A stretch of DNA of 64,000 nucleotides from Adineta vaga (Eukaryota > Animalia > Rotifera), in contig CP075494.1 in the NCBI GenBank assembly GCA_021613535.1, forward strand, positions 868,001-932,000. Direction: 5' to 3'. Within the stretch, counting starts at the first letter, position 1, and the number at the start of each line of letters is the position of its first letter. The translations under genes and the position numbers were made by a program. A model generated the notes under the pieces. It searched no databases. It saw only the letters and a program-made list of their open reading frames with translations, and was not told where the DNA came from. Below are positions 13,339 to 25,095 of the stretch, piece by piece.

Positions 13339-13636
13339 ATGAATACATTGACATGTTTTCTTCTTATCTTTTTTTTGGCTACAAATGTTTTAATTTATGC
13401 TCAAGAATCATCTGACTGTAAATTATCACCAGTCTCTGGTCTTTGTCATGCATTTTTTGAAATGTTTTATTTTGATTCAACGACAAAACAATGTAAAAAA
13501 TTTGTCTATGGTGGCTGTGGAGGTATAACCATTTGAATACAATAGATCATAGAAAATATTCAAAAATTTTATTTTAGGGAATCAAAATCGTTTCAAAACA
13601 TTTGAACAATGCATGAAAGTTTGTGGACAAACCTAA
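13339..13636 (+). CDS. Secreted single-domain Kunitz/BPTI protease inhibitor, 2 exons
   Basis: [61 protein letters not shown]|[19 protein letters not shown]. Intron at about 13523-13578. Confidence 0.92.
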
Positions 13637-13742
13637 TCACGAACATATTAAGTATATTTTTCTTTGTCTCTGTATTTGACTAACTGATTTATTTTAATTG
13701 ATTATTCTTTGGAAACTAAATCTGCATTAATATAGATGAGAA

Positions 13743-13790
13743 TGTGGATGTGAGTAGAGTTCAGAAGAGCATTCTCACCCATACCCTCAA
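13743..13790. repeat. Convergent pair of degenerate telomeric tracts
   Basis: TGTGGATGTGAG (13743-13754) faces CTCACCCATACCCTCA (13774-13789). Confidence 0.55.
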
Positions 13791-13824
13791 AGTTTGTATG
13801 TTTTGTCTAACTTTCACCCATTGT

Positions 13825-15519
13825 TTATCGGCAAAACCAAAATCGAATCGAATAGTTAAGATGTGGATCTCTAGTAATGATACACATAGATGATAATCGA
13901 GTTTGAAACCATTGAAGAAGTTCGTCATCTATGATTAATGATGTCCGTGACCATCTATTTTCGAAGAAATCTTCGGATATGGAGCAAACCAATGCACGAA
14001 GATGTGGCATACCATTGATAAACTCAAGAATACTTGTTCTATTTGTGACACTAATAAAAAGAACTTCACATTGATGTGCAAATGACGAGTTGGTTAATAA
14101 AGAACATTCTTCTGGTTTCAGAAAGGGTTGTGGAAAATCGCCAAAACTTCCCAATTCAAGTCGACGAACTGTTCTACTGGTCAATTTCATACGTAGAAAA
14201 TCTACAACTGAATAAACATGTATTGAATAGAGACGAGGTGCTCGATCGAGTAATGTTTGTAATTCAGATGCAATAGAGTCTTGCGCCATATGTAATTCTA
14301 TTGATTTTAAATGATTCAAAGTAGGAATAGTAGACCAAAAACGTTTAGATATTGAAAGAGATAATGCTAAAAATTGAATATTGAAAAATCGTATGGGAAA
14401 CGGTAATTTATTTTCAACATTTTCATCATAGAAAATGTCATGTATATTAGTATAGGAACAATAGTTCCATTCATCAAGACAAGTCGATTTGATACGTGCT
14501 TTCTGACCTATAAGATAACGTCTACTGAAGTTATACGGTAGAGTGTAAATAAAAATTAGATAATCTGAAGTTCGTCGACTCCATTCACATCGAACAAACC
14601 AACGATGTTGACGAAGCCAAAATATTGTTGAAAATGTTTCCATCAATTCATTGATGTTTGCATCGGATATTAGATGAACAATCAATAATGAGTTGTTTCC
14701 ATTCATATCCATTCAAAAAGAAATGTGATTGAACAACTAAATAATGTAAATGAGGCATGTTTTGTAAAATACGAATGAATTCGTTTGCGTCTGAGTAAAT
14801 GATACGAATGTTCAATGATGTAATCAACAAAGGAATCTTCGTTGAAAATGGCACAGCATCGATATCGAATCGAGCAGTTATATTAAGATTTTGAAGACAA
14901 GGGGTATATTCGAATAAACACATCAAAGAACTAGACGAAAATATAAAACCTTGGATCATAAGATATTCAACTGATAACGAAATTATTGGAAAACTATAGT
15001 GAGATCACAATTCACACTGTTTCCAATCAGAATGCAATGTGTCAATTTCGATAGAGGCCATACACTATTGATTAAGTCAACGAAATCATTCTTCTTTCCC
15101 CAATAACATTCAGTTATTCTCAAATGCGTGAGATTTTGAAGACACAACAATTCTGTCAAGATCAAACGGATTTTCTCTTGTGAACGAATTCGAATGAGTG
15201 TAAGTGATCGTAAATTAGTGAATTGGGTAAGATTAAAACCATAAGAATGAAATTGATCGGGGAGATTTGGAGTTTGATTTTCGTCTGAGAGACAAAGCGA
15301 AATAATATGATCAGTGATCGATATTAATTGATTTTCACATATAAAATCGAATTCTCCTTTGGATATATTTCGAAAATTGAAGCGATAACGTTTGGAATGA
15401 ACGATGAGTAGTGTATTGAAACGTATATTAAGATTATAAAAAGCACGAAACAGATGAACACCATCAAATAATTCGAAGAGATCGAGAAGAATTTCATTAG
15501 GTAATGATTCAAAATTCAT
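13825..15519 (-). pseudogene. F-box/LRR-like gene broken into three frames
   Basis: N-terminal F-box FESLPNEILLDLFELF...AFYNLN.RFN plus LRR-like segments. Frameshifts near 14980 and 14700, with no splice signals that I could identify. Confidence 0.7.
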
Positions 15520-15796
15520 CTTTTTCTTTTTATTCCTATTGAATCAAAACACAGAATATGTCTTGTAATGCGATAAGAAGAAAAACATGTGCTCGAATGT
15601 TTTGACGACACATTCCTATTCTCTTATTTAATAAGATGTGATGCGAATACATCCGATTACCCACACCCTCAAATGGACTGATTTCGAAACATATCGGACG
15701 AATATAATCGATAATTTATTTAATGAAAAGAAAAGAAAAGAAAACAAATCATCTATATATTTTTCATTCTTTTCTTTTTCATTCGTGTATAAACAC

Positions 15797-17440
15797 ATGG
15801 ATCATACAAAACGAAAGTTAATCTTTACAAAATCATCTGAAGATAATCCGGATGAATCAATAAATTCCATTGAAAATTTATCGAATGAAATTTTCTATGA
15901 AATATTTGATTATCTCGAAGGTTTACATATTTGCATAGCATTTACAAATCTTAATTCTCATTTTCAACAATTACTTACATGTTCATCTATTCGATATAAA
16001 ATAATTCTTAATAATTCAATAACAAAAGATTTATTTTTGAATTATTTTCAACAAATCAAAAATCAAATCTTTTCAATTTCTTTTCAAATTCCAAATAATT
16101 CTCTTAATGAATTCTTTCCTATTGATTATTCATTTAATAATCTTCAATCAATTTCAATTGAAAATATTGAAAATAATCAACTTATTTCTTTACTTATTCA
16201 TTTACATAATTTACCTTGTCTTTATTCATTAAATATCAAAATAATCGATTCAATTGAAGATTTAAATCAAATTTATCAATTCATATTTTCATTACCAAAA
16301 TTAAAATCCGCTAAACTTGATTTATATGGTGATGAATATTTCATATCAAATAATCAACAATTAAGTTCTATTGAATATCTTCATATTGCTCATTCTTATA
16401 CATTTGATGAACTTTCATCATTATTATCTTATACACCTTTACTTCGTCATCTTAAACTTTCAAAAACAAATAAAACTAATTCAAATCTTAAAGATTTATT
16501 ACCAATAAATTTAAATCATCTCATTTATCTATCGATATTTTCAAGTAATTTGAACTTTGATGAATTTACATTATTTATTCAACGAATTCATTCAAAATTA
16601 AAAATTCTCCATGTGAATTTTTCAAAGCAAGATATTCATTTTCTTCATGCTGATCGTTGGCAAAAATTACTTTCAGAAAATTTTCCTCAATTAGAAAAAT
16701 TTTCTTTACGTTATCGTGAATCAGAATTTCATGTTGAACTTCCATTAAATCAATTCATTTCATCATTTTGGATTCAATTAAATTTAATTCTCGACATTGA
16801 AATTCATAAAAATAAGAATTATTATTTCGTTCATTTATTTCGAAAGAGATGGTATGAATATTCTAAATCAACTCAATTAACAATAAAATATGTTTATTCT
16901 TATGAATCACCTGATATTCTATTAAAACAAATAAAACATCTTTTAAATTTTACACAAATTTATCATTTAAATATTGAACAAAAGATTTCGATTGAAAGAT
17001 TAATGCAAATTATACATTTATTACCTAATTTGATTTCATTAAAAATCAATTCTTTATCATTATATCGAACATCATTTCGATTTTTCGAACGAGAATATCC
17101 AACAACATCTGCATTAGAATATGCGAATAATATTAAATATGTTTATTTAGATCGAATATTTACAACGAAAGATATTTCTTTTCTTATGTCATTTTGTTCT
17201 CATATGGAATATTTTAATGTTGAATGTCTTCAAAATATGAATATTCAATTATTTCTAAGAGAAATTTTCAAGAAAATCAATGAAAATCATCTGGAATATT
17301 TACGTTTATTATGTATTTATACAACAAAAGCAGATGAACAAATGGTTAAAGAATTAAATCAAATGATTTCTGATGAAAAACTTTTATTAGATTATACAAT
17401 TCATCGAAAACTTTATAATATTTATTTAAAATGGAAATGA
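15797..17440 (+). CDS. F-box/LRR-like protein
   Basis: IENLSNEIFYEIFDYL F-box and LRR-like repeats. Long open frame, with the likely start at MDHTKRK. Confidence 0.8.
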   Translation: MDHTKRKLIFTKSSEDNPDESINSIENLSNEIFYEIFDYLEGLHICIAFTNLNSHFQQLLTCSSIRYKIILNNSITKDLFLNYFQQIKNQIFSISFQIPNNSLNEFFPIDYSFNNLQSISIENIENNQLISLLIHLHNLPCLYSLNIKIIDSIEDLNQIYQFIFSLPKLKSAKLDLYGDEYFISNNQQLSSIEYLHIAHSYTFDELSSLLSYTPLLRHLKLSKTNKTNSNLKDLLPINLNHLIYLSIFSSNLNFDEFTLFIQRIHSKLKILHVNFSKQDIHFLHADRWQKLLSENFPQLEKFSLRYRESEFHVELPLNQFISSFWIQLNLILDIEIHKNKNYYFVHLFRKRWYEYSKSTQLTIKYVYSYESPDILLKQIKHLLNFTQIYHLNIEQKISIERLMQIIHLLPNLISLKINSLSLYRTSFRFFEREYPTTSALEYANNIKYVYLDRIFTTKDISFLMSFCSHMEYFNVECLQNMNIQLFLREIFKKINENHLEYLRLLCIYTTKADEQMVKELNQMISDEKLLLDYTIHRKLYNIYLKWK

Positions 17441-17534
17441 GACTTGTTCTTATCTCTAAGAAATACTTTTAATGTTCAAATAAATCTTGAGAGTATGAAT
17501 GAGTGTTATTTTTCCATCCAAACCCACAGCCGTG

Positions 17535-17794
17535 TTAGTAAAAAGCGAGTAATAGGAAAACTAACCATTGTAGAAACTGTATTGATTTTGCAAGTTTACG
17601 AATACCGTCTGAATTTGAATGTGCATCTCGACAGAATGTTTCGTTATTACAACAATTCATGAATTTTAATACTTTGGGAGTACCTGGAGATATGTATGTT
17701 ACATACAAATCTTTATTTTTATCGAATACGAATTTTTCTTTAACGGCCATCCATAGAAAGTTGATCAAAATTTCATCTTGATTTGTATTATTGC

Positions 17795-17827
<33 letters not shown>

Positions 17828-18714
17828 GGAGATACCGTCGCGTAAATCGACGATTTCCAGTATCCAAGACATACATTTGCTGATGAACAGAATCAATTTG
17901 AATCGAATTAGGAATCAGTAAGTCGTCCGAAGCAATATTCTCATAAAGATATTCATCGTCAGCTGTAACACTCCCATTTATTGCATTATATGAGTATTTT
18001 AATATTCGTGTATATGAATCACAAATGTACATTGTATTTCGATCGGTTTCATCGACATATATGCATGTTGGACTGTGCAGTTCATCATACCGACCAGCAA
18101 TAACGTCGCTAGTATTTGGATTTTCAGATGAAAACCGTATTACTCGTTTTCCATAACTATCTAATACATACAATGTCAAATTTTTATCAACGTAGAGATA
18201 AATTCCGTTCGTCAATTTTCGATAGTAACGATATCTTGGATCATAGTAGGAAGTATTTAAAATTCTTATGTTTCCGTTGATAAGGTCGAATATTTTCACA
18301 GTGTTCTCATCGTTATAATAAAGATTATCATTTTTATCGATAAACAAACTTGTAGATGAAACATTCGATAAGATTGGAATGAGAGTTTGATTCGCTGTAA
18401 TATTAGTTGGATACATCAAAATAAGCTTATTACCAGAATCAGCAATGTATAAATTCCATTGACTATCAAATGCGAGAGCAGCTGGTCGAAATGAACTTTT
18501 ATTTGCCTTCAGATTATCACCGGTTATTATAGGTATTCCATTCTGACTCCAAGTTAAACTTGTTTCGCATGATTGTGATTGAATGGAACTGCAAAAACAG
18601 TAAGAGTTTGATTGTTATTCAGATCATCTGTACTTACTTAGTCTGACTAATGAGTAAAAGTAAAATTAGACGTGATATTATTGAAACTTGATGCATATTT
18701 GTGCAATATAGCAT
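17535..18714 (-). CDS. Secreted, probably GPI-anchored NHL-repeat beta-propeller protein, 2 exons
   Basis: A signal-peptide exon splices to SCETSLTWSQNG..., followed by NHL motifs (LYIADSGN, LYVLDSYGKRV, MYVLDTGNRR), a poly-Asn microsatellite and a hydrophobic C-terminal tail. Confidence 0.8.
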
Positions 18715-19399
18715 TTTAGAATATCGTTGAATACTATACAGATGAAATAAACGATAATAATTTTATACGATGATTTACTCAGGTGTTGTTGACAATTGAT
18801 GCGTGAGTAAACCAAATAAACTCATACCAAACCACACTTTTCGTATACAACCCCTCACGAATGTTGATCAAAACAGAATTTTTATGTAAATAGACACGTC
18901 ATCATTTCTAATAATAGATAGAAAGAAAAAAGTAATAAACAATCGTCATCACCGCCCGTGGGAATGGTGGGAATATAACTCATAAGAACGGAAAAGAAAA
19001 CGAATGCGGGGTAATAATATTTTTCAGTGAAAAATGAAAGAGAGATGATGATAAATAGTATATTTTTCGTTATTTTATTGAGCAGAGTAAATAAAATATC
19101 CAACTCACAGCGATAAATGCATCATCGATGAAAACTCACTATCGGAAATTGTAAAAGTGAAAATTGTTAGATAAGAATATGTTGATTGTTTTTATGCTTT
19201 TGAAGTGATACTCATTGACTTGAGAAAAATTTCTAGTGACAAATAACTAATTCACAACAAGATTCACTCGCTGTCATAAATAAACATGAACAAATGATAG
19301 ATTTAGACTTCAATGAAAATATAAAAACTTTTCTCTTAAATATCTTTGTTAAATAAATATTCGTCTAAATTTTATTCAAAAAGATTAGTATAATATTTC

Positions 19400-19884
19400 G
19401 ATTTAATTTCGATTAATCCAAATAAATAAACTAAAGGGTTTGTTATCATTATCGAAATCAGCAGTTATATGTAAACCATGTTTTTCTACTTCCTCTCTGA
19501 TCCAGCATATTCGATAACCATCTGAATTTCCTCGAATTTCTATGTAGGTTAATTTGGGTAAATGTTTGATTCGTTTTAGAAGTATCTAAGTTGTTCGAGA
19601 TTAACAAATATTTTACAGAATTGTTCTAATTGATCGTTATTCTCAAATGAACAAGAGCAGCAGATGTCCAATTTTTTAATAGACTCATTAAAATATTTGC
19701 ATAATTCATCATCTTTGCACCAACATACTAAATCGGACCATATGACTTGTAATGATGATAATTGTGTTACGGATTTAAATATTTCTTTAAATATATTCGG
19801 TGATTTACGTTCTAAAACACCGTCAAGATGCAAATGTTGAATATTTGATAAATTAATCATCGTTTGAAGATATCTTCATCATGA
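19400..19884 (-). pseudogene. C-terminal fragment of an F-box/LRR-like gene truncated at the mariner insertion
   Basis: MINLSNIQHLHL...FCKIFVNLEQL LRR-like sequence with a frameshift. I found no 5' half beyond the mariner. Confidence 0.6.
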
Positions 19885-19886
19885 TA

Positions 19887-21129
19887 TTAGGTTGTCAACA
19901 AAGTTCTGTCGTTTTTTTCTAAAATCTTGTAGAACAACCAAGAAAGTTCTAGAAGTTTCCATACTAAGGGTATATATATAGGACATGAATGTCTTTTGAA
20001 TGATAAAAAAAATCGTTGATATGGACGTTGATGTCGAGTCAAAGATGAATCTTTCTCATAGAGAGGTTCGAGTGCTTTTACTTCATGAATTTCGTTTGGG
20101 GCACAAAGCAACGGAAGCAGCCAGCAACATATGCGGCACGATGGGTCAGGGTCTAGTCTCCACTCGTACCGCGCAACGTTGGTTCAATCATTTCAAGAAT
20201 GGCGATTTAGAACTCGACGACTTACCTCGATCTGGTAGACCAATGGAAGTGGGTGTGGACTTTTTAAAGCAGCTTATCGAAGAAGATCCTCGACTGACTT
20301 TACGGTGTTTAGCAGAGCAGCTCGGATGCTCTCATACTACGGTGGAAAAACATTTGAACGAATTAGGCAAGACCTGGAAATATGGGGTATGGATACCTCA
20401 TGAATTATCGGCACATCAGCTGCAACAGAGAGTTGATGCATGTATGGATTTAATCACATCTCACCGCAACTACCAATGGTTATCCAATCTGATTACTGGT
20501 GATGAGAAGTGGGTGTTGTATGTTAACTACACGCGTCGACGTCAGTGGCTGAGCGCTGGTCAAACCGGCGTAGCAACACCGAAGGCTGATCTCCATCCCA
20601 AGAAATTGATGCTGAGCGTCTGGTGGGGTATCAAAGGAGTTATCCACTGGGAAGTTCTACCAAATGGTTACACCATCACTGCTGATCTGTACTGTCAACA
20701 ATTGGATCGGGTTGCAGAAAAGCTCAAGGGAAAGCAGGATCGAGTTTATTTTTTACATGACAACGCTAGACCACATGTAGCAAAGTCGACCCGTGAAAAA
20801 TTATTGAAGCTCGGCTGGATTACCATTCCTCATCCACCTTATTCCCCTGACTTGGCTCCAACAGACTACCATTTGTTTCGATCTCTTTCGAATGATTTAC
20901 GTGATAAAAAGTTCGACGACGAAAGCGATGTCAAAACGGAGCTTGTCAAGTTCTTTGATGAAAAATCCCAGGACTTCTACGAGCGCGGGATCATGTCTCT
21001 GCCAGAGCGTTGGCAACAAGTGGTAGATAGTAATGGTAAATATATATCTGAAAACTAGTTGTACTTTTGAAGTGAAAAAACAAAAATAAAATTTTTGAAA
21101 AAAACGCCAAAACTTTGTTGACAACCTAA
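19887..21129 (+). mobile_element. Full-length mariner transposon (about 1.24 kb)
   Basis: TA flanks at 19885-86 and 21130-31. TIRs of about 31 bp, TTAGGTTGTCAACAAAGTTyTGkCGTTTTTT. Confidence 0.97.
20000..21058 (+). CDS. Mariner DD34D transposase, intact
   Basis: WIPHEL, TGDEKW, HDNARPH and YSPDLAPTD motifs. There are 34 residues between the second and third Asp. Confidence 0.97.
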   Translation: MIKKIVDMDVDVESKMNLSHREVRVLLLHEFRLGHKATEAASNICGTMGQGLVSTRTAQRWFNHFKNGDLELDDLPRSGRPMEVGVDFLKQLIEEDPRLTLRCLAEQLGCSHTTVEKHLNELGKTWKYGVWIPHELSAHQLQQRVDACMDLITSHRNYQWLSNLITGDEKWVLYVNYTRRRQWLSAGQTGVATPKADLHPKKLMLSVWWGIKGVIHWEVLPNGYTITADLYCQQLDRVAEKLKGKQDRVYFLHDNARPHVAKSTREKLLKLGWITIPHPPYSPDLAPTDYHLFRSLSNDLRDKKFDDESDVKTELVKFFDEKSQDFYERGIMSLPERWQQVVDSNGKYISEN

Positions 21130-21136
21130 TATAAGA

Positions 21137-21766
21137 GAACTCTGCCAACTGCTACGCTCTGATTGACCTAATATTTTGCCGATGGGTAGGGCTCATAGAG
21201 TACGTGAAAGTCCTAAAAGGTTTCGCGCTCTTGATTGCGTCTTGCCGAGATATGGCGTTTCTAAGGTTCTTGACTGAGCCCATTGTCGTAGTCCCCTTCA
21301 AGGAGATGGAATAACCTTATTTTCGAATTTTGGCCTGAAACTTTGTGCACAGATGCATATCAATGAGACTAGCTTATCCTAAAAGTTTCAGCTTTGTCCA
21401 AAAGTCTGTAATGATTTCTGATCAAAAATAAAAATGGTGGAATTGGCCCAGTAATGGACAGGTAAATTATGTCAGCTGTTTCTCCTTGTAGAGATGAGCT
21501 GTGTGACTGAAATTTTTAGGATAAGCTAGTCTCATTGATATGCATCGTTGCACAAAGTTTCAGGTCAAAATTCGAAAATAAGGTTTTTCCATCTCCCTGA
21601 AGGGGACCACGGCAATGGGCTCAGCCGGGAACCTTAGAAACGCCATATCTCGACAAGACACAATCAAGAGCACGAAACCTTTTAGGACTTTCACGTACTC
21701 TATGAGCACTACCCATCGACAAAATATCAGCTCAATCAGAGCGTAGCAGTTGGCAGAGTTCCCCCT
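21137..21766. mobile_element. Foldback/MITE with about 255-bp inverted arms (Kolobok-like terminus)
   Basis: Arms 21137-21391 and 21507-21761 are near-perfect reverse complements. The right end reads GTTCCCCCT-TTAG. Confidence 0.85.
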
Positions 21767-21860
21767 TTAGTTTTTTTGCATCATAGCTAGAAAAAAGTCG
21801 ACCGGACTAATATATTGTCTTTTCTTCAAAAACTCTTACAGTATCTGTACTCTTTTCACC

Positions 21861-22427
21861 ATGACGCCGGCTGTGGTCTCAATCAGCGTTTCAATGCTGT
21901 TTTTTCTACTATTTCCGTACTGCTCGAGTGAAATGTCGCTACTAAAGAGCGAGAATCCAAATGCACTCGAAGATACAGTATGTGATCCTTTCACGGCAAC
22001 GATCAATGACTACCCTGGTGTTTTGACCCGTATTGAAGTTGTTCAGACAACACCTATCAAGTTAAAGGCATACTTTCGGTTGCCAAATAGCAATCAATAT
22101 ATATCAGTTGAAGGCATTGCGGGTTATGCGACAAATGTGGTACCGTCACTTCCGAACCTTGCTCTATCAGTGACGTGTCGATCTTTGAACTGTAGTCAAG
22201 TAACTGGTCGAAGCCTTGTTTCTTTGAACCCTGCGGGAACTACATGCAAGTTTACCTGCCCCGATGGATCCGTTGGACTTCAACAATGTGGTACCATTCT
22301 CGATCTTTCTGCAATAAGATGCCCAGTCGATGCGATGAGCTTTGCCGAGTGCAATTTCAACAGTTTGTTTCCGTCAACTATTCGGGGTGTTACTGTAATC
22401 TGCTCAGAATGTGGGGAAGATCCATAG
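21861..22427 (+). CDS. Secreted cysteine-rich protein of unknown function (188 aa, intronless)
   Basis: Signal peptide, 10 Cys in the mature region and higher GC than the host genes. No family recognised. Confidence 0.7.
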   Translation: MTPAVVSISVSMLFFLLFPYCSSEMSLLKSENPNALEDTVCDPFTATINDYPGVLTRIEVVQTTPIKLKAYFRLPNSNQYISVEGIAGYATNVVPSLPNLALSVTCRSLNCSQVTGRSLVSLNPAGTTCKFTCPDGSVGLQQCGTILDLSAIRCPVDAMSFAECNFNSLFPSTIRGVTVICSECGEDP

Positions 22428-22874
22428 GTGTCTTCTTTTTTTTAAAGCGAACCTTTATACGATTGATTGGCGTTGCTTTTTTGTTTGTTTTTGTCTCCTT
22501 TGAACCATTCTAGCCCATTTTTGTCAGAAACCGTATGTGCTACAACTTAGCTACAGGAACCTGAAATGTACCCTCGAATTCGTAGATATGAAATCCGATT
22601 CTTCCGGTTCATTTTCATCTTTCCTTCGTCTGCTACGACGAAAACGGTGAATGCAGCTAATTCTTACTTGATGTTGGCACAGGCGCGCAAAAAAAGAAGA
22701 AGAGAAGTGTAGATGGAGCATCAGCACATTATCACGTGAGTGTGATGCTATTCGAGGATGATAAGATATACAAACAGAGCGTTCACAAAGGTTGCCAGAG
22801 GGTGATGATCATCAAAAAGACGTTGCGCCGCTTCTCGCAAGGTGAGAGTGAGTTTATAAGAATATTCTAAGCTT

Positions 22875-22923
22875 CTTACGACGAACGTTTCGGATCTTGC
22901 TTAGGGATGCATCATCAGGTAAG
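22875..22923 (-). ncRNA. Type I hammerhead ribozyme (Athena 3'-end module)
   Basis: Minus strand: cttac-CTGATGA-t-gcatccc taagc aagatcc-GAAA-cg tt cg-TC-gtaag. Stem I is perfect and stem II imperfect. Followed by CTCACTCTCACC (22841-22852). Confidence 0.8.
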
Positions 22924-22952
22924 TTTAGAATGTAATTAATCTGCATGAGAAT

Positions 22953-22992
22953 TGAGTGTGAGGGTGAGTCAAGCTACCATAATCTAGATTTC
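22953..22992 (-). ncRNA. 3' half of a hammerhead plus telomeric tract, interrupted by a piggyBac MITE
   Basis: Minus strand GAAA-tctaga-TT-atggtagc-ttg-ACTCACCCTCACACTCAA is nearly identical to the 39071-39112 terminus. Confidence 0.7.
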
Positions 22993-23167
22993 TATATTGG
23001 TTTAACCCTTTGCGGCCGGCTATCAGAAAACAACAAGAAAGAAATGTTAATATTGCATATTCTTTGTCTTTTATGGATGAGGGTTACGCAGTTCCAGCAC
23101 CAAGTTTAAAGAACTATGACTGGGTCGTATGTGAATATGTTGCTTTTTGGCAACATCCGGCCGCAAA

Positions 23168-23695
23168 GGTGCAAACAGGTCAGAAAAGTCACTCAATCGC
23201 CGCCCACGGAAATCTAATAATTTAGTATTAGTTGTAATCTATATTGTCAAAGAAAAGCGTATTTGGTTCATCTGCTCATTTCACGGAGGGTTATGGTACA
23301 ATATATCTCGATAACACTCCAGAACTGATAAAAAAAACTATAAATTTCATCAATTTTATTAAATTTTTCTACAATCGTTCACCAATTCACTAAGATTCTG
23401 CCAAGATCTGTAATGTTTTATGACAGTCTTCATAAAAACGCTATGGTGTGCTGTATATTTTGTCGAAATCGTCCCAAATCGGCAAGAGATTGTAGAAAAA
23501 TTCAATAGAATTGATGAAATTTATAGTTTTTTTATCAGTTCTGGAGTGTTATCGAGATATATTGTACCATGACCCTCCGTGAAATGAGCAGATGAACTAA
23601 ATACGCTTTTCTTTGACAATATAGATTACAACTAATACTAAATTATTAGATTTCCGTGGGCGTCGAGTGAGTGACTTTTCTGACCTGTTTGTACC
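23168..23695. mobile_element. Foldback MITE with about 205-bp inverted arms
   Basis: GGTGCAAACAGGTCAGAAAAG... pairs with ...CTTTTCTGACCTGTTTGTACC. The arms are near-identical. Confidence 0.85.
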
Positions 23696-23717
23696 CCAGG
23701 TTGGATTAGATGTTGTA

Positions 23718-24053
23718 GTCAAGGTTTTGCTGGTCAGTTTGTTAATTCCAATAGACATTGTTTCAGCATGTATTTTGTAGAGAAATGTTTGCTCTATCTT
23801 CCTATATATTTCAAAGTTTCTTAGAAGCTTTCATTGTTGAGTAATTTGGAAGATGAAACGAACGGGACCAGATTTGCGGGACCAACCGGGACCAAGTTGG
23901 TCCCGTTCGTTTCATCTTCCAAATTACTCAACAATGAAAGCTTCTAAGAAACTTTGAAATATATAGGAAGATAGAGCAAACATTTCTCTACAAAATACAT
24001 GCTGGAACAATAATGCAACTATTGAATTAACGAAATTACCAGCAAACCTTTGA
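23718..24053. repeat. Long palindrome (about 150-bp arms) with GGGACCA repeats in the centre
   Basis: About 23718-23869 is the reverse complement of about 23898-24053. The right flank ...GCGCACATCTCTA resembles a hAT terminus. Confidence 0.8.
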
Positions 24054-24764
24054 CCGGGAACAGAAAATTTTTTTTTTGGTCCCGCGCACATCTCTAGGCT
24101 GGATGTTGCCAAAAAGCAACATGTTGATATTCTGTTGCTCGAGCATGCTGATTAATTGATCTTATAAGTCTAATAGATAGTGTAGTTAGGTACGAAAATT
24201 AGCCACTAATCACTTCTCACATAGAGTGCTTGGATAAATGATAAGGAGATCATCTCCACCCCGAGGCGGTTTTGGGTGTTTTGGAAAAATTTATCGTACT
24301 AGCCAACAATAGACTTCTTTTCTTGCAAATACATAGATTTGTGCTAAAATAAATGTTGTTAATTATCAAACACCTTAAGAAACTATATCGTATCGATGTA
24401 AGATAAATCTTACACTGACATGGATCAAATGTTGCCAAAAGGCAACATCCGGCTGGAAAGGGTTAAGTTGGAGAATCTTTGAAGCCGTGTGTTAATAATT
24501 TGTTCATTATTTTTATTTTTATTTGGCAGGAGTCTTTATATAGTATATATCTTAAATGGAAAAAGTAAGAGTTCAGTTATGGATTATATTTGATAAATGT
24601 AGAATAGAAATTTGTCAGAAACAAATATAATGATTGAAAAATGGTGGTGGATGAAGAATAGTATGAGTAAAATAAGTCAATAGAGTTGAGTTGAAGATAA
24701 GGAAAAAAAAGAAGAAAATGTTTTTAAGTCATCAAATAATATTTGTAATTATTAAGAAGGAGAA

Positions 24765-25067
24765 ATTAATTTGCTTGTGCTGGTGTAGCCTTTGAAACGT
24801 TTGATACTGTGGATTTGTTTCTTCTGTAGTGTCTTTCTATTTAAATATGAAAAAAAAATCGACAAATATGTATATTGAATAATATGGAAGTAATTTGTCA
24901 CTCACTTTGGCGTGGTTTATTTTTCAATAATGTTTCTGAAGGTTTTTTTCGTATAAGTTCACGTGCTGCATTTCGACGATTTCGATTGCCTACAATCATT
25001 TTAGCATTTTTACTAACTGATTGATCGAAGATATCTTTATGGATTTGATCTAAGCCCTGTTTCATCT
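24765..25067 (-). pseudogene. 5'-truncated Athena RT C-terminal fragment capped by telomeric repeats
   Basis: MKQGLDQIHKDIF...MIVGNRNRRNAARELIRKKP aligns with MRRDLHQVHEDIL...VTVGNKIRRNANHELIRKHP of the RT at about 34140-34270. Confidence 0.85.
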
Positions 25068-25095
25068 TGAGGGTGAGAGTGAGGGTGAGGGTGAG
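25063..25095 (+). repeat. Telomeric cap between Athena fragments
   Basis: CATCT-TGAGGG-TGAGAG-TGAGGG-TGAGGG-TGAG. Confidence 0.9.

Larger units (their letters stand above)
23006..24462. mobile_element. TTAA-flanked composite of piggyBac-type MITE ends enclosing two foldback elements
   Basis: TTAA-CCCTTTGCGGCCGG...CCGGCTGGAAAGGG-TTAA. Additional TIR copies lie at 23138-23169 and 24098-24122. Confidence 0.75.

Noticed and set aside
21137-24053. CRISPR-like or structured ncRNA interpretation of the long palindromes
   Set aside because: Eukaryotic context with no repeat-spacer periodicity. The structures are explained by foldback MITEs.
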